Below are positions 1-24,645 of a stretch of DNA of 64,000 nt, one piece after another. The notes beneath the pieces were generated by a model. The model saw nothing but the letters and a program-made list of their open reading frames with translations. It did no database searches and had not been told where the DNA came from. The translations under genes and the position numbers were made by a program. This DNA comes from Chrysomallon squamiferum (lineage: Eukaryota > Animalia > Mollusca), in assembly GCA_012295275.1 (NCBI GenBank), contig CM022672.1, forward strand, positions 24,180,001 through 24,244,000, given 5' to 3'. Within the stretch, counting starts at the first letter, position 1, and each line of letters starts with the position of its first letter.

Positions 1-34
1 ATTATTATTATTATTATTATCATTATCATCATCA

Positions 35-83
<49 letters not shown>

Positions 84-101
84 GTTGATGATGATGATGA
101 T
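1..101. repeat. (ATT)n/(ATC)n/(GAT)n compound trinucleotide microsatellite
   Basis: Read directly. Confidence 0.95.
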
Positions 102-592
102 GTTTCAAAATAAAGTATTGATTTAATGTGATTTTCTTTTCTTTTGTTTTTTAATTTTATTATTTCTCTTTAAAAGAACGGGAAAAAGAAGAAAAAGAAG
201 AAAGAAAAATGAAAATAGTTTCTATGAAACTGTATGTAATCGTGCGCGAAGCCAGGGGTCATTATCAAACCAGCAACATAAATGGTTATACAGACATGGG
301 ATCTGTCAGACAAACATACTAATGACTTTATTAGCACGTCTGTGACAGACAGGTTAGCGAATGACAAAGTCATAAACTAAAACAAAGTTTGTTTGAAAAC
401 GTATAAAAGATAATTATTAAACAATTTGGATATCGTTTTCATATAGATATTAATTTTTCTTGGGTTATGCTTTAGATACTTTAAAATTTTCAGTTTAAGT
501 GGTTCGAATAAACAGTTTCACCAAAGCATAGAAAATGAAGTTAGTTCTTTTTCTAATATTTCAATAATTATTTAATATTTTCAGAATTAACG

Positions 593-815
593 AATACTAA
601 TTAATTTAATTTTATTCTAAAACGGATTTAAACATTTTCATGAGATTTTCACGCATTGTCTGAACCATGTGCGTGATCATATAGCATTTGATCACTTACC
701 GTTACTTCAAAACCTACGGATGTAACCCTAATATTTTTGAACTGGTAATTTATGTTTCTTTTTGTTAGTTCCGAACTTTAACAAACAAACAAACAATAAA
801 TAAATAAATAAATAA
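593..815. repeat. Dispersed ~220-bp repeat, copy 1 (copy 2 at ~41304-41533)
   Basis: Shared blocks such as AAACATTTTCATGAGATTTT, GCATTGTCTGAACCAT, ACCGTTACTTCAAAACCTAC, GATGTAACCCTAATATTTTTGAAC and TGTTAGTTCCGAACTTTAAC, in the same order and orientation. Confidence 0.9.
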
Positions 816-882
816 ATTATACTGACGAAACATCAATTTTACCAAAGAAAGGTTTGTTAAAGGGTCTTTAAATCTTTACTCA

Positions 883-2087
<1,205 letters not shown>

Positions 2088-2783
2088 TTTCTAAAACATC
2101 CAATACAAATATTTCTGGGTGGAAAAAGAGAGAGAAAGAAAAAGTAAATAAATAAATAAATAAATAAGAAAAGAACAAGACGATAAAATATCTATCTATC
2201 TGTCTATATATATATATATATATATTACACTTGCTGTTATTTCGTTATTTTTATGATTCTATATAAGTGAACATATCTATTAACAAAACCAATGTTTTAA
2301 TCAAGGCCAATATATTTCAGCTTTGATCAAAACATTAATTTGCACGATATATGATAAGACAAAAGAGTGATAAATTGTGACAAAATAACTACCGGATATG
2401 TGTATTAAAAGATGGAACTTTCCTAGATCGACTTAAAACAAATAATAATTTCCTAAATTCCATCAAGACCTTTGCCGTTGTAGAAGATTTGGAAACTACA
2501 GATAGTCCACTAACCGCGGCGTTTGCGCCATACGTCCGCTCTTATTTACGTCTGGGAAAATAACAACAGCAAACAAATTTTTTAAATAAAAATTGAAAGA
2601 GAAAGGATAAATAAAAATTACTGATAATGTGCCTACTGTAATATGTGCTGTCTAGATGGGCTATGCTGCAATGCCCTAGTTGGCCCAGCGCCGGATAGTA
2701 TTTCAAAATTAAAGTAACGTAAGTAAATTTCGAGTATTGACCATTCCTATGACCGGTCAGAACGTTAGGGGAATGTATACATA

Positions 2784-2908
2784 TACATATGCTAGTAACA
2801 GTAAACTGTAATATTTATCCTAGGCATCCATGAATCAGTATTATATTATATTCATAATTCATTGATACCTTGGATAAATATTACAGTTTACTGTTGCTAG
2901 CATATGTA
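2784..2908. repeat. Hairpin / MITE-like inverted repeat, 52-bp arms with 4 mismatches and a 21-nt loop
   Basis: 2784-2835 is the reverse complement of 2857-2908; both ends are TA. Confidence 0.9.
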
Positions 2909-3366
2909 CCTTGACCCAATTTTGAGACACTTAAAATGAGGTGTTAAAAATAGTTATTTTTCATTTAAAGGACCACCGCAGGGGATGTAAATATAAATGC
3001 AGGATGGATGGATATGATTATGCAAACAGAGAAAATACAATATGTAATTATTAATCGCATAAAAATTATGCTTCATTTTTCACGCTGGCTTGAGTGTAGG
3101 CTTCTCATAAGCATTGGGTTATTATCATTCGACAGTGGATTACAATCTATGCAAGTGGCGCCCAAACAGAATGAATATTTCCTTTTATTTCACTTTTTGA
3201 CTTAATATGGCTGACAGAATTTGAGGATACTGTATTTTTAACGAGGTGAACAAGCAATATCCTATTTCTATAATGAATCAAGTAACCTCAGTTAAAGGTA
3301 TTTAAATCGCAAAGAAAACTATCCCTTAATCTTCTGTTTCTTTTCTTTTGTTTGTTTGTTTTTTTC

Positions 3367-3416
<50 letters not shown>

Positions 3417-5273
3417 AAAGTAAAGTTTCACGTCACTGTTCGGTTTAGTAACAATATCGCTACTCCATAGATACTGTAGCAGAGTAGAGTTTGCTTTTAT
3501 TGATATCGTATATTATATTATGTTCTTTGCAACAAACTATTGAACATCGATTAGTGGCAGAACAGCTCTATACAAAATAGGGGAATATGTCCTTATTCTG
3601 ATTGTTTGTGGTTTCTTAGTTTCCTTTATTTATTTTATATTTCAACATGAATTTTGGAACATATATTTTTGACAAATTAAATAAATTTAGTAAACGGCTC
3701 TCTTCTTCAGCATGTTAAGAATAAAAATACGTTCCAAATAAAATTTAATTAAAACTGCTTAAATTAAAACAGGAACATTATTATCTTTTAACCTGATAAG
3801 GAATATCGAAATATAAAATGTGCAATTTTAACCTCAGTGATTTCCTGGTTACTTTATGGCTTATGATATCAGTTTTGTTTTTGGACTGCATTTGAAGATC
3901 GAATCCGGAAATATATCAGAAATAAAGTTTGGCAATTTTGAGGAAAATATTAAAAATTAATTAAATTATAAAGTCTACGAAGTATATGTTTTCCTAAGAT
4001 CAGGTAACGTGAAATTACTGGATTTGTTATTATCTTTAATTTTGAATTTGAATTATATAGTATAGATAAATATCTAACAAAACAGAATATGGATGCTGTT
4101 TATAATCTCTACTTGGAATAAATTTTAAGAAAGTACATAGTAGCCAACCAAACAGCTATCTTCTATTTGAAGTATTGTGGGAATGTGACATATTTCAATA
4201 TATTCAAAGATATTAGATTACATAGATATAAAGCATTTGTCGAAAAGAGAATGAGTCTCCAAGAGAAAGCACTCCATACTCTGCTACCCATACCTTCTGA
4301 CGCAATTAACGTTTCTATTACAAAGATGGCTTTTGTCAGGGACCGACAACCAATGGTATCAATGATTTTTCTGGATTATGCTTTTTTCCCAAAGTAAGTC
4401 ACCGGTCGAGTCTGAATGGATATGTACATGTTTCTATTGAATGGGTTATAATACATTTTTATAAAAATAAATAAATAAATAATCTAAGACAAATAAAAAT
4501 AAAAATATTCGTTGCAAAAAGCAATGACATGATAAACTACATGAAAATATATAATGTATACAGCAAGTAATGGATTAACATTTGATATAGTACTGTATTT
4601 TCAAACTGACTACATCTTTAAAGATTTCGTTTTACTACTTCCATAAGAAGCTTCCATACCGGGTTGGAGTATATGCATTCACGAACTGAAGTCAAGTACA
4701 TGACATTATGGCTTTGAAGAAGCATTATTTCTTAAATTTTGAAATTCTTATAACAAAAAGAACCTTTCTGAATTTGTAATAATATAAACTTCTTTCTGTC
4801 TTTGTTATCAGTTTCTCCAATATAGTCAATAAAAGATGAAAATAAAATATAATAATAATTATAAATTAGGTAGATTTCATTAATTTTTCCTATACTGAAT
4901 ACAAAAGGGAAAAGGATCAATAGTATTTTCCGGAACTAGGAAAATGACGTATCAGTCGCAAACAGTCAATTTGTAAAAATGTAATTGCTGACATTTATTT
5001 TAAGATGAGACGTCTTATAATTGTAGTATACTTTACGAATTCGATCTTAAATCACATTCCCAAAGCAAATAATAAATTTAGATACATCACATTTATTTCG
5101 TGATATTCAAGACTTGTAAATGGAAAGAATTTATTCATTTTCACTCCCAAAAGAAAAACCAAGAATGCTGTCAAAAGTTATCCTAAACTGATTGGGATGG
5201 TTATATATTATAGCTTTTATTGTCTACTCCAATAAACTGTTTACTCATTAACTTTTTTAAATTTATATATATA

Positions 5274-5322
<49 letters not shown>

Positions 5323-6700
5323 TTAAACCCTTAGTTATATGATCCGAATGCTTTGAATCTTGTTCCAAATAAAAAATAAGATGAAGTGAAACAGATATTG
5401 TACCAATTTTGTATTAAAGTGCTAGGTAATTCATTTACCAGAAAACAGACATTCCAATAAAGGTTTCTACTACATCTACATACTCACAAACAACGTCTGT
5501 TTATATCAGCATGAATGATTCTTTTTTATATTGACATAAATATATATATATATATTTACATGTATTAAATAGGCCGTATACAAAAGTTATAATACATACA
5601 ATAATTAATATAAACAAAAATAAATTACTAAAACAAACAGAATGAGAACTATAATAAGGATGGGCAAACACGTCACCAAAGTTTTAACTTGATAACCTCT
5701 ATCTTCGATCACGCAGTGACCTTTGTCCTTAAAACGAAGTCTGCCATTTGTCTTCCGTATTTTTTCTCCAGTGTTAGATATAAATCTGTTATACTTAACA
5801 TATATGAGGGTATGTTATTATATATATATATATTTTTTTTATATATATAATTTGTTTTATGAAAAAAGTACGTAAAACTAAATAACAAACTGCTAATAAG
5901 TTTGATAGAGCATACCAAACCCGAAACATTGTGTTATCGTCTGGTTCAGTTCAATACTATTATCTAAATATTAGTAACAGATTATAAATCCCCGACAGAC
6001 TCACCACACTATTTAACGGATATATTATATATGTATCTTTAATTCTTTTTATATAAACTTTCGTATTAATTTATATAGAAGATTTGCCTTTAATAGTGGA
6101 ATGAACCAAAGCTATGTCAACACAAAAATTATTCAAAATAGAACAAAAGATACTGAAATAAACAATTAGGTATAATTAATAGTTTTATTTCATAATTCCA
6201 AACAATGTTTTGTTGTTGTTGCTCTTGTAAGATTGTGACAAATTATTGTTAAGACATTTGAATATACTTATCTAACTGAAATAATGATTTCACTGATTAT
6301 AATAATGTGTTTTTAATTATTCTCTAAATTCTGAACTTTGTCTTTAAAATTATGTCACTGTCTGAGAAGAAACCAGTTATATGTGTGTGAATGCACACAT
6401 TTTTCTATTATTATTTAAAATATTTCTTATTACTTATTATATATATATATCATCTAAACTAATTATACTGTTACTGTAATGCATTATTCTTACTAACCAT
6501 AGTGTTTTTTTCTACTAAGTAAAAATAAATATTTTAAATAATAATAGAAATGTGTGTGTGTGTGTGTGTGTTCTTCCTACTAAATGGATTTTCTCATTTC
6601 GATAACAGCTTTAAATTCTGCTTGGTTGCAGAACAAAAACAAACGTTCCTGCAAATTTTAATATGTAAATTGTTGTTTAGATAGTAGTGAACATGTTCAT

Positions 6701-6850
6701 TGACGTCAGAGCAAAGCGAAAGCGCATTAGGCCTTATGCCAGAGTTGATAGTGTCGAAATGAATGAGTGGATGTTGAATTTTACATTATGAACTCTGGCA
6801 AATTGTTACGTTTTGACTCATTAGTTTTATCGCCAGAAGTCGATATAAGT
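6701..6850 (+). promoter_or_regulatory. Putative proximal promoter of the polyamine oxidase gene (CRE, AP-1 and TATA-like motifs)
   Basis: TGACGTCA at 6701-6708, TGACTCA at 6814-6820 and TATAAG at ~6844, all within 275 bp upstream of the ATG at 6975. Motif match only. Confidence 0.4.
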
Positions 6851-6974
6851 AAAAGTATTGTTATATGACAGTTATAGATTGTTTAGCTGTATTATTATAA
6901 CCGTTTTATTTCATTATTTTTATTGTGAAAATCTTAGAATAGCTGACGCGATAGAAGTCTTGCGTATTGGAACA

Positions 6975-16705
<9,731 letters not shown>

Positions 16706-19700
16706 TGAGCTTCAGGAACGTGGAAACAAGTCATCTTAATTTACTCATGAATAATCATATCAAAATATATTTGATTACATAACAAAACGTCTTATGCAAA
16801 GCATAAAAAGCATGATTAAAATAAAACTTATAAAGTAAACTTTATTTTCAGGTATCCATGAAAAAGTGAAACATATTTTGTTTGTTGTCTTTTAAATTTA
16901 ACAAATTTTTTTTTTTTTCTTTTTACAGAAATAATATAATATAGACCAATAGATCTGCCTTAAAATAATTTGAGTTTTTTTTTTTTTTTAGAGTAAATGC
17001 ATTTCTGCTTTTAGAACAGTACACTTAAATGAGCAGAAATGATCTTATCTGCATGATAATTAATGCATCACCCTTGTTTGCATTGAGTAAGTGGTAAGCG
17101 AGTATTCTGCTTAAAAGTGCTTGTAAAATTGTCCCATATACATTATTCAGTTTTGATGCATTTTTATGAATAGAGTGGTGCCTACAAAACAGTATTAATA
17201 CTGATTTACAGAGGATAATCAATTATATTTACTTACTGTCTTTTTGGAATTTTATCACATAATTATATATTATTAAATATATCTATATTTCATTGATTTG
17301 AATTTTCTAGTTGTAACCAATCCAAAAATATAAAATGTATATTTTATTCAGTAATGTTTATAAAAAGCTGAAAACATTTATGGTATAAAAAAATGTTTCT
17401 AGAGGAATTGTTTTACTTTATTTAAAAAAATAAACAACTATAAATCAGCAATGGACTGCATCAAATCTGAAGCATTTTGAAGAATTTAAGAAAAAATAGG
17501 CACTAAATGGACTGCTTACTTTAGATACTGTAAATGTTAATTATAAATAAACATAGTATTTTGAGACAGATCTGTTGGAATAAAAATAATCTATCTGATT
17601 TGTATAGCTCTGTTGTAAATCTGTTAAAATGATTATAATTATGTTAATCATAATTGTATTCTGCTGTACATGTTTTTGACTAATTTATATATCAGGACGT
17701 ATATAGACTTAAATGTATATATTTTGATTGGGAGAGCCTTTCCAAGGAGCTTATTATCAGTGAGAAAGAATGTAGCAGCTTCACATTTCTGTTAACTGCA
17801 AGAAAATAAGAAAGATTAAAGAGTGTTTATTAACTGATAAAATATATAATTGGGGGTGTTTTTTCAAAACTAATATTTACCATTTATGACTAAATTAAAA
17901 TTAAATTGCCATATCATTTTCTTCTTTAATTCTTTACTATTAATAACTGAGACATAAAGGTAGTTGTCAGTATTTTAAAATGTAAAACATTTTTGTAAGT
18001 TGTTAATTTCAGATGAATAACTTTTTAATCAAGATAACAAAAATTACAATCATGATGGTTGATAAACTGAAGTTTAATGTTTGAGGCTGTTTACCATAAT
18101 GATAATAACGATCATTTCTTGCTGTTTGATACTGGTTTATTTATATATACATGTATATATTAAAAAATTTAATATATTAAATCCAATTGTAAATACAGAA
18201 TCATTCTGTTATGCATTATTGGATATATGAATAACAATCTTTTATATTCATTCAAAATATATGGTATGATTCCAACAGTAGTATATATGTTTCTGATTAT
18301 TTGGATAGCTTCATTTAAATGAATTTAAAATTTACAAATAATGAAATATTTTTGATAGTATTCATTACAGAAATTTGTCTGAACATGCATCTAAGTAGAT
18401 TCCAGTCTATATATGTGTGGTTGATATTTATTAAAAATGCGTGTATTGTAAAGGAATTTTCAGACAAAGTTTGTAAAAAGATATAATGCTTAAAATTAAT
18501 TTAGTTGTTTAAATTTTTCTGCAAATTCATTAAGAAAGCGCACACAATGATAACACCAAAATATTTTGGTGTAAATTATTTGCACATTAACAATTTCGTA
18601 CATTTTGATATCAGTGTATATTTTCTTTCTTTTGACATTACTATCAAAACTGAAATAATTTTAGGAAATCGTGTAATCTGTCATTTGTTTTAGCATCTTA
18701 GTAAAAAAGAACAGATGAAATGTTACTGATAAATTTTAAATCTACTGACTTCCAGACATAAGTTAAGATATCAGATTATGTGAGTTATCCATTCCTGTGG
18801 TTTATTATTTTTTTAAACAGACAGGTAACATGGTTAATATTTAGAGGAATATTTAGTATATTTTGTTGAAGGAATGAAACTTGCTCATACACCTACTTCC
18901 ACAATTACAATTTATGTTCACTACATTTGAAACTAATCTTCATAAAAGAAGATAGTTTCAATTTCTGTCTGACATTTTTTCCATAAGGTGTGTAAAGTGT
19001 AAATACAATTCTATTATCCTACCATTAAAAATATCTGAAGGGAGGTAACTGTGAGACGCTAACAAATACTAATTATTTCATTATTCCATAACACTGTAGA
19101 TAAAATATGGTCATGGTAAATATATAAGCAGGCTTTTTATTATATTTTATTATTTTAAACCTTCTATGTATAGCTTCTTTTTTTATGTATAACACGTTAT
19201 TGAGAGCATCTGTGTGTAGCCCTAGGAAAGCAGTTTAATGTTTATGTCCATTCAATGAAAATTACATTGAGGATTTGATCAGAATTATTGCAAGTGAAAT
19301 ATCTGGCTGCCAAGAAGAGGTAAAAAAAACACCTATCATTACCAAATGGGATGACCTGCCATACTCTGATTTCATTTAGAAGAGAATAAATTTAACATTG
19401 TAACATATTTGGATTCAAATTTTGGTATAACCCATAGATATGACTCTATATCCATTAATTTTAGACAAACCCTGAAGTCAACTGACTTTGATTATTGCTG
19501 AAAGTGGGACATGATATAATTTGACAATAAATATAATATTTTGTATTTTGCTAATTCAATACTTTCATTTGAAATATAAATTTGACCTTAGGCTGACTTT
19601 TCTTTAATGATAGAACACTGTATTGTATCGAATTTGAAAACAATACCATACATTATCAAGTTATGTAAAGACTAGACTGTTTAACTCTTTCCTGATAACA

Positions 19701-21398
19701 AATAAAATTAGGATGTTTAATATTAACTGTTTATTCAACTTCAACCTTCATTATGGTATTGGTGCTTACTTGTTGCAGTAAATAGATATGAAGTGTAGAA
19801 CATACAGATATACCTCTGCCATGACTTCCATTAAGTGGTGAACATGTAGAGTCATGATAGTATTTCAGATAATGTAATATTACCAATTCATAGCCAGAGT
19901 GGCTGAAAGGGTTTAAAATAGATTATGGTTACAGCAGAAACCAAAACATGCTAAAAACATATTTTATATTGCTTTGTCCTTCCAGCTTATAACAGACAAA
20001 GTGAATTATCATTCTTTTCTGATTTGAATTTCATTACTGAATGTATTTGTTACAAATATTTTACACCTAGCCAAATGGTCAAGTTTGCTTTTTAACTTTA
20101 ATCTGTTTATTTTGAATTAAGATTATTAAGCATTATAATGCTTCTTTTTCACATCAGATATAACTAAGTTACCATCTTGAAGAAAAACTGCTTTTTTCCC
20201 TAAAGTATGAATCCGATTATGTTGAAAACTGTTTTTTCTTACACATAGATGAAGTTCTTTGATCTCAAAATATTAACCTGAATTGTTAAACATTCCTTTC
20301 TTAATGACTGACTTGTAGAACCCCCTGACTGGAGCATTAGATTTTCCATTTTGAAATTAAATAAAACAAAATAAAAACTGATAATAGAATCCTCAGAATA
20401 GAATTATGATGTCAAAAATTTAAAAGTAACTTCAGATGGTGATTGGTTAATATCTGGTAGATATGTTCAGATTATTCTCATTATAACAGGTTCTAATGAA
20501 GTTTTTCTTGTTGCTCCAAACTGTTTTATTGGTTTATCTATTATCAGTGTTGTAAATGGATTAAGAGTAATATATGGTAAAATGAATTTTGTACATTTCT
20601 TACGACTTGAGGAAATTCACAAAGCTGTATGATTGGTGTTAAAATGATTATGGTTTATTTCATCACCATGATTTTGACAATAGACAAGGTTTTAGTTTCT
20701 ATAAATGTGTAATGGTTATATAATTATGGTTCTATGTTAATTAATAAGGGCTTTTGTTTGATTGCAGGGGTGTAATTTTGTTTTCTCAGAAATAATGTAT
20801 CAAAATGTATCAAAATGAAACAAATAATAATTGTTAATGTCTTCTGAATGTTCTATTTTAAACATTGTCACAGTCTTTACATTGTAAAATGATGAAAGTA
20901 CTGATGTTTTTGAAGTCTTCGTTTTGTTTTAGTTTCTACTGTTTGTTTCTTACTAATACTGATCATGAAGTTTTCTCATCAGAATGAAGTATATCGAACA
21001 TGTATGAAAAAAGAGTATCATGAACAAAATGATCACAAGTGTTCTCAGTGTTACAGGAACATGTTAAAATTCCAGACACTGCTGTTGAATATAAGAATTC
21101 ATAATATATTGTAATAAAATATGTACAAAAATGTGCAATTTATTATGTGTATTATTTTTTTTTTTTTAATTATTTATTATTTACTTTATTATTATTTTTT
21201 TTTAATCTTTATATATATATATTTTTAAATCTTTGAGAGTAAATGCTTAAGATGATAAAATTTCTATAAAATATTTTAATAAAGTATCACACTTTATAAA
21301 AGAATCATGAGATCATACCAATACTTATGTTTAGGATCACATTTATTGTTTTATCATGGAACCTTTTTGGATGTTTTCTTTATTTTTTAATATTTTTA

Positions 21399-21429
<31 letters not shown>

Positions 21430-23038
21430 CTTCCTCTTTTTTAAAATGACCCCCCCAAAAAAAAAAAACCACCCAAATAATAACACAAAAAAAAACAAAT
21501 AAAAAACCTCAGCTAAAACAAAAAACAAATACAATGCAAAAACACACAAAAATAAAAAACAGCCTTTTTAATATATTTTAAACACCTTTTTTGTGTATAT
21601 ATATATAATCAGAAAACATTTATTTGCATTTTTAAATTTTAATTTTTTCATTGTAAACAGATAATATATGGAATGTTTAATATCAGATTTTGGGATGGAG
21701 TACATTATTTCTCTCTCTTTTATTTATTTCATGTTAGTTTAAAAAGAAACTAAAAAAAACAACAACTGTGTTTTAGGATGGTTGGTGACTCAAGTTTAAT
21801 TGCCTTTCCATTTTTAATATTCTTATAATGTATTAAACAAAGAGAATCAATCCTTCATAATAAAAATGTATATTTATTGATAATCTGCTATTTATCTTGA
21901 AATTAAATTGTTTATAATTATTATTTTCTCAGGGCTTTTTTATTTTTTTTATTATTTTTTTTATTATTATTATTGTTATTATTATTTTTTTTTTTTATCA
22001 TTATCTTTGGCCTCATGTTCTATGCAAATTCCATGTAATTTCACCAAGACAAAAAAATATAAATTTTGCTTCAGTTCATTAATTTATTAGATACTGGTTG
22101 TGAAACATTTCTGATAGTTCACTAATTGTTTTGTTTGGGATTCTTTTATTGTGCATGTAAAACATTTGATTTTATGAGAAAACTATCTGGAAATAAATAT
22201 AATAAACCATACATTTTGTTAAGCTTATTTATTACAAAGATAGCGCTTAGTACCAAAACCTGTATATATATATATATATATATAGTTATGAATGTATGCA
22301 TCACACACAAACAAACATGTAAAGATTATCTTAGCAATACTGCTACAAAATGCTTTAGACATTCACACACCTATGACTTTTTATGGTTTACATAATAATT
22401 ACTTTGTTAAGAAAATTTGTAAGATCTGTGTTTGTCATCCACGCTTGATTCACAACCATTAGCAAATCTTTCCACTATTTATTATATAAAAGATATCTGT
22501 ACTTAATGTTATTTTATTTATTTATTTATTTATTTATAATTTTTTTAATTATTATTCCCCCCCCCCCACCCGAGAAGATGTGTTCTTTCCGAGTAGTTAT
22601 CTCCCGAAGGGAAATGGTGCAAATAAAAATGTTAAATTTAGACTTGAACCTGTTACAATCCAAACATAAAACCGGTCAGTCTTATTATATACAATGTTGT
22701 CCACTGTGACTGTCATAAAATTAGAGTCCGCCAGCAATACTTTATTTAATAAATGAAAAAAAAAGAACGTTTATAACCTCTGACACGCGTGGTAACATTT
22801 TAAATGATGACCCAGTTTCGGATAACTAGCTGGATATAATTATTCACCTTTACACCAATCAGACTGTCGTGAACGCAACTGTTTTTCAACTCGTTCACAG
22901 TGAATGTATTGCTTAGTATCTTAATTTATCTCGACTTGACATTAGATAAGCAATTTTTCAAATCTCCATCTTATGGCTGTTTGAAAACAAAATGTATAAC
23001 CAGTCTGCACCATTAAAAAGAAAATAATAATAAATAAA

Positions 23039-23104
<66 letters not shown>

Positions 23105-23663
23105 GAAGAAGAAGAAGAAACGAGAAGAAAGAAAAGAAAAGAAACAAACAGTTTTTCCGACTGGATAATTTTTTGGTAATACTTATATTAATGATAGAGT
23201 TCAAACATTTACAAAAGGGTCGATGTGGGGAAAGTTCTGATAACAAAGATTATAAAAAGATGTCATTCAACAACCTTTATCGACACAAACAACTCGTTTT
23301 AACAAAGGTGAAAGAATTCTTTAACAAAAGGTGAAACGGTTATACATTTTATGATTAATCAAGCGGTTAGCACCTACTTAAGGCAGCATGTTCTTGATTT
23401 ATCTTATGTAGCCTTGTCATGCCTCAACTCACCAGTGGATCGATTTAGAAAACTAATATTCACTTTATTATAAAGCTCTGTCAACAATCCTTAGCAATAG
23501 CAAACCTTAGTATTCAGTAAACGTACCTGTTTATGACGGCTATCAAAGCGGGGTGCTCCAAGGTGTACGCTTGAATATGAAATTCATTTAATACCTAATT
23601 AAAATTCATTTATGATATTATATTTGATATTTATTACTATTTTTAATTACTTTATTCATCACG

Positions 23664-23705
<42 letters not shown>

Positions 23706-23745
23706 TATATTATTATTGTTATTATTATTTATATTATTATTGTTA

Positions 23746-23776
<31 letters not shown>

Positions 23777-24645
23777 TTTATTCAAATACGGATTTAATTT
23801 CCTCACATTAATTAATACACAATGGTGAAAGATATCTAGTTCTTTTTAAAAGTTAAAATATTATATGGATCCTTCTTTAAAACAGCGTGTAGACCCTCAA
23901 ATAAGAATCGAACGTCACCGTGGCAGGTTCATCTACATTCAGAAATGTATTGTTAACTCAAGACCTCGTACCCGACAATAAATCTCTGTTGTGGATACCC
24001 GGTGAAATTTAATATGGCGAACTTGCCAGTGACACATATTTGACGTTAGAACACTTTATTCAGAAAGCTTGTGCAAGAAACGAACAATACATTTTGTGAT
24101 TGTAACTTTTTTGGATACAACTTTTCACGATGGAGATATACATATTGGAATAGGTGGATAATATATAATAAGTATTTCGTAAGTCAGTTTGGATAAATTC
24201 AAGTGTTCAGGTTTGTATTAACAAACCATTATTGATAAACAGAAAAAAATCAGTTTGTTCATTTTATTGGTTTAAAACTATTTAATTCGAGAGCTAATAA
24301 AAAAGAAAACAAATCAGGTTTTATTTACTGACAGTATGACAATAATAATCTCTACAAGATGAAACATTTCGTCAAAATTATATACATTTTTTGGAAGGAA
24401 TGCAAAATATCTATGGATATTTCTAAACAAATATGTAAATAACTGGAAGAAAAAACATTTTAAAATCAGTAATGTGTTCAAGTATATGAAATAATGTTTA
24501 TGGAATTTATATGTATATATATATATATGTCTTAACAAAGTAATAAAGTAACAGTTGGCCCACTTTCTGAATAAATAAACACAGCATTAATTATAACAGC
24601 AAGTTAAAATAATCATACTAAGAAGAGTTTCCTTCATGACTGACA

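Noticed and set aside
4167-4397. 76-aa plus-strand ORF ending at a GTAAGT
   Set aside because: No recognisable motif and no partner exon could be joined in frame.
21400-21560. Odd poly-T followed by C/A-run sequence
   Set aside because: Looks like low-complexity or low-quality sequence after a homopolymer; no structure is supportable.
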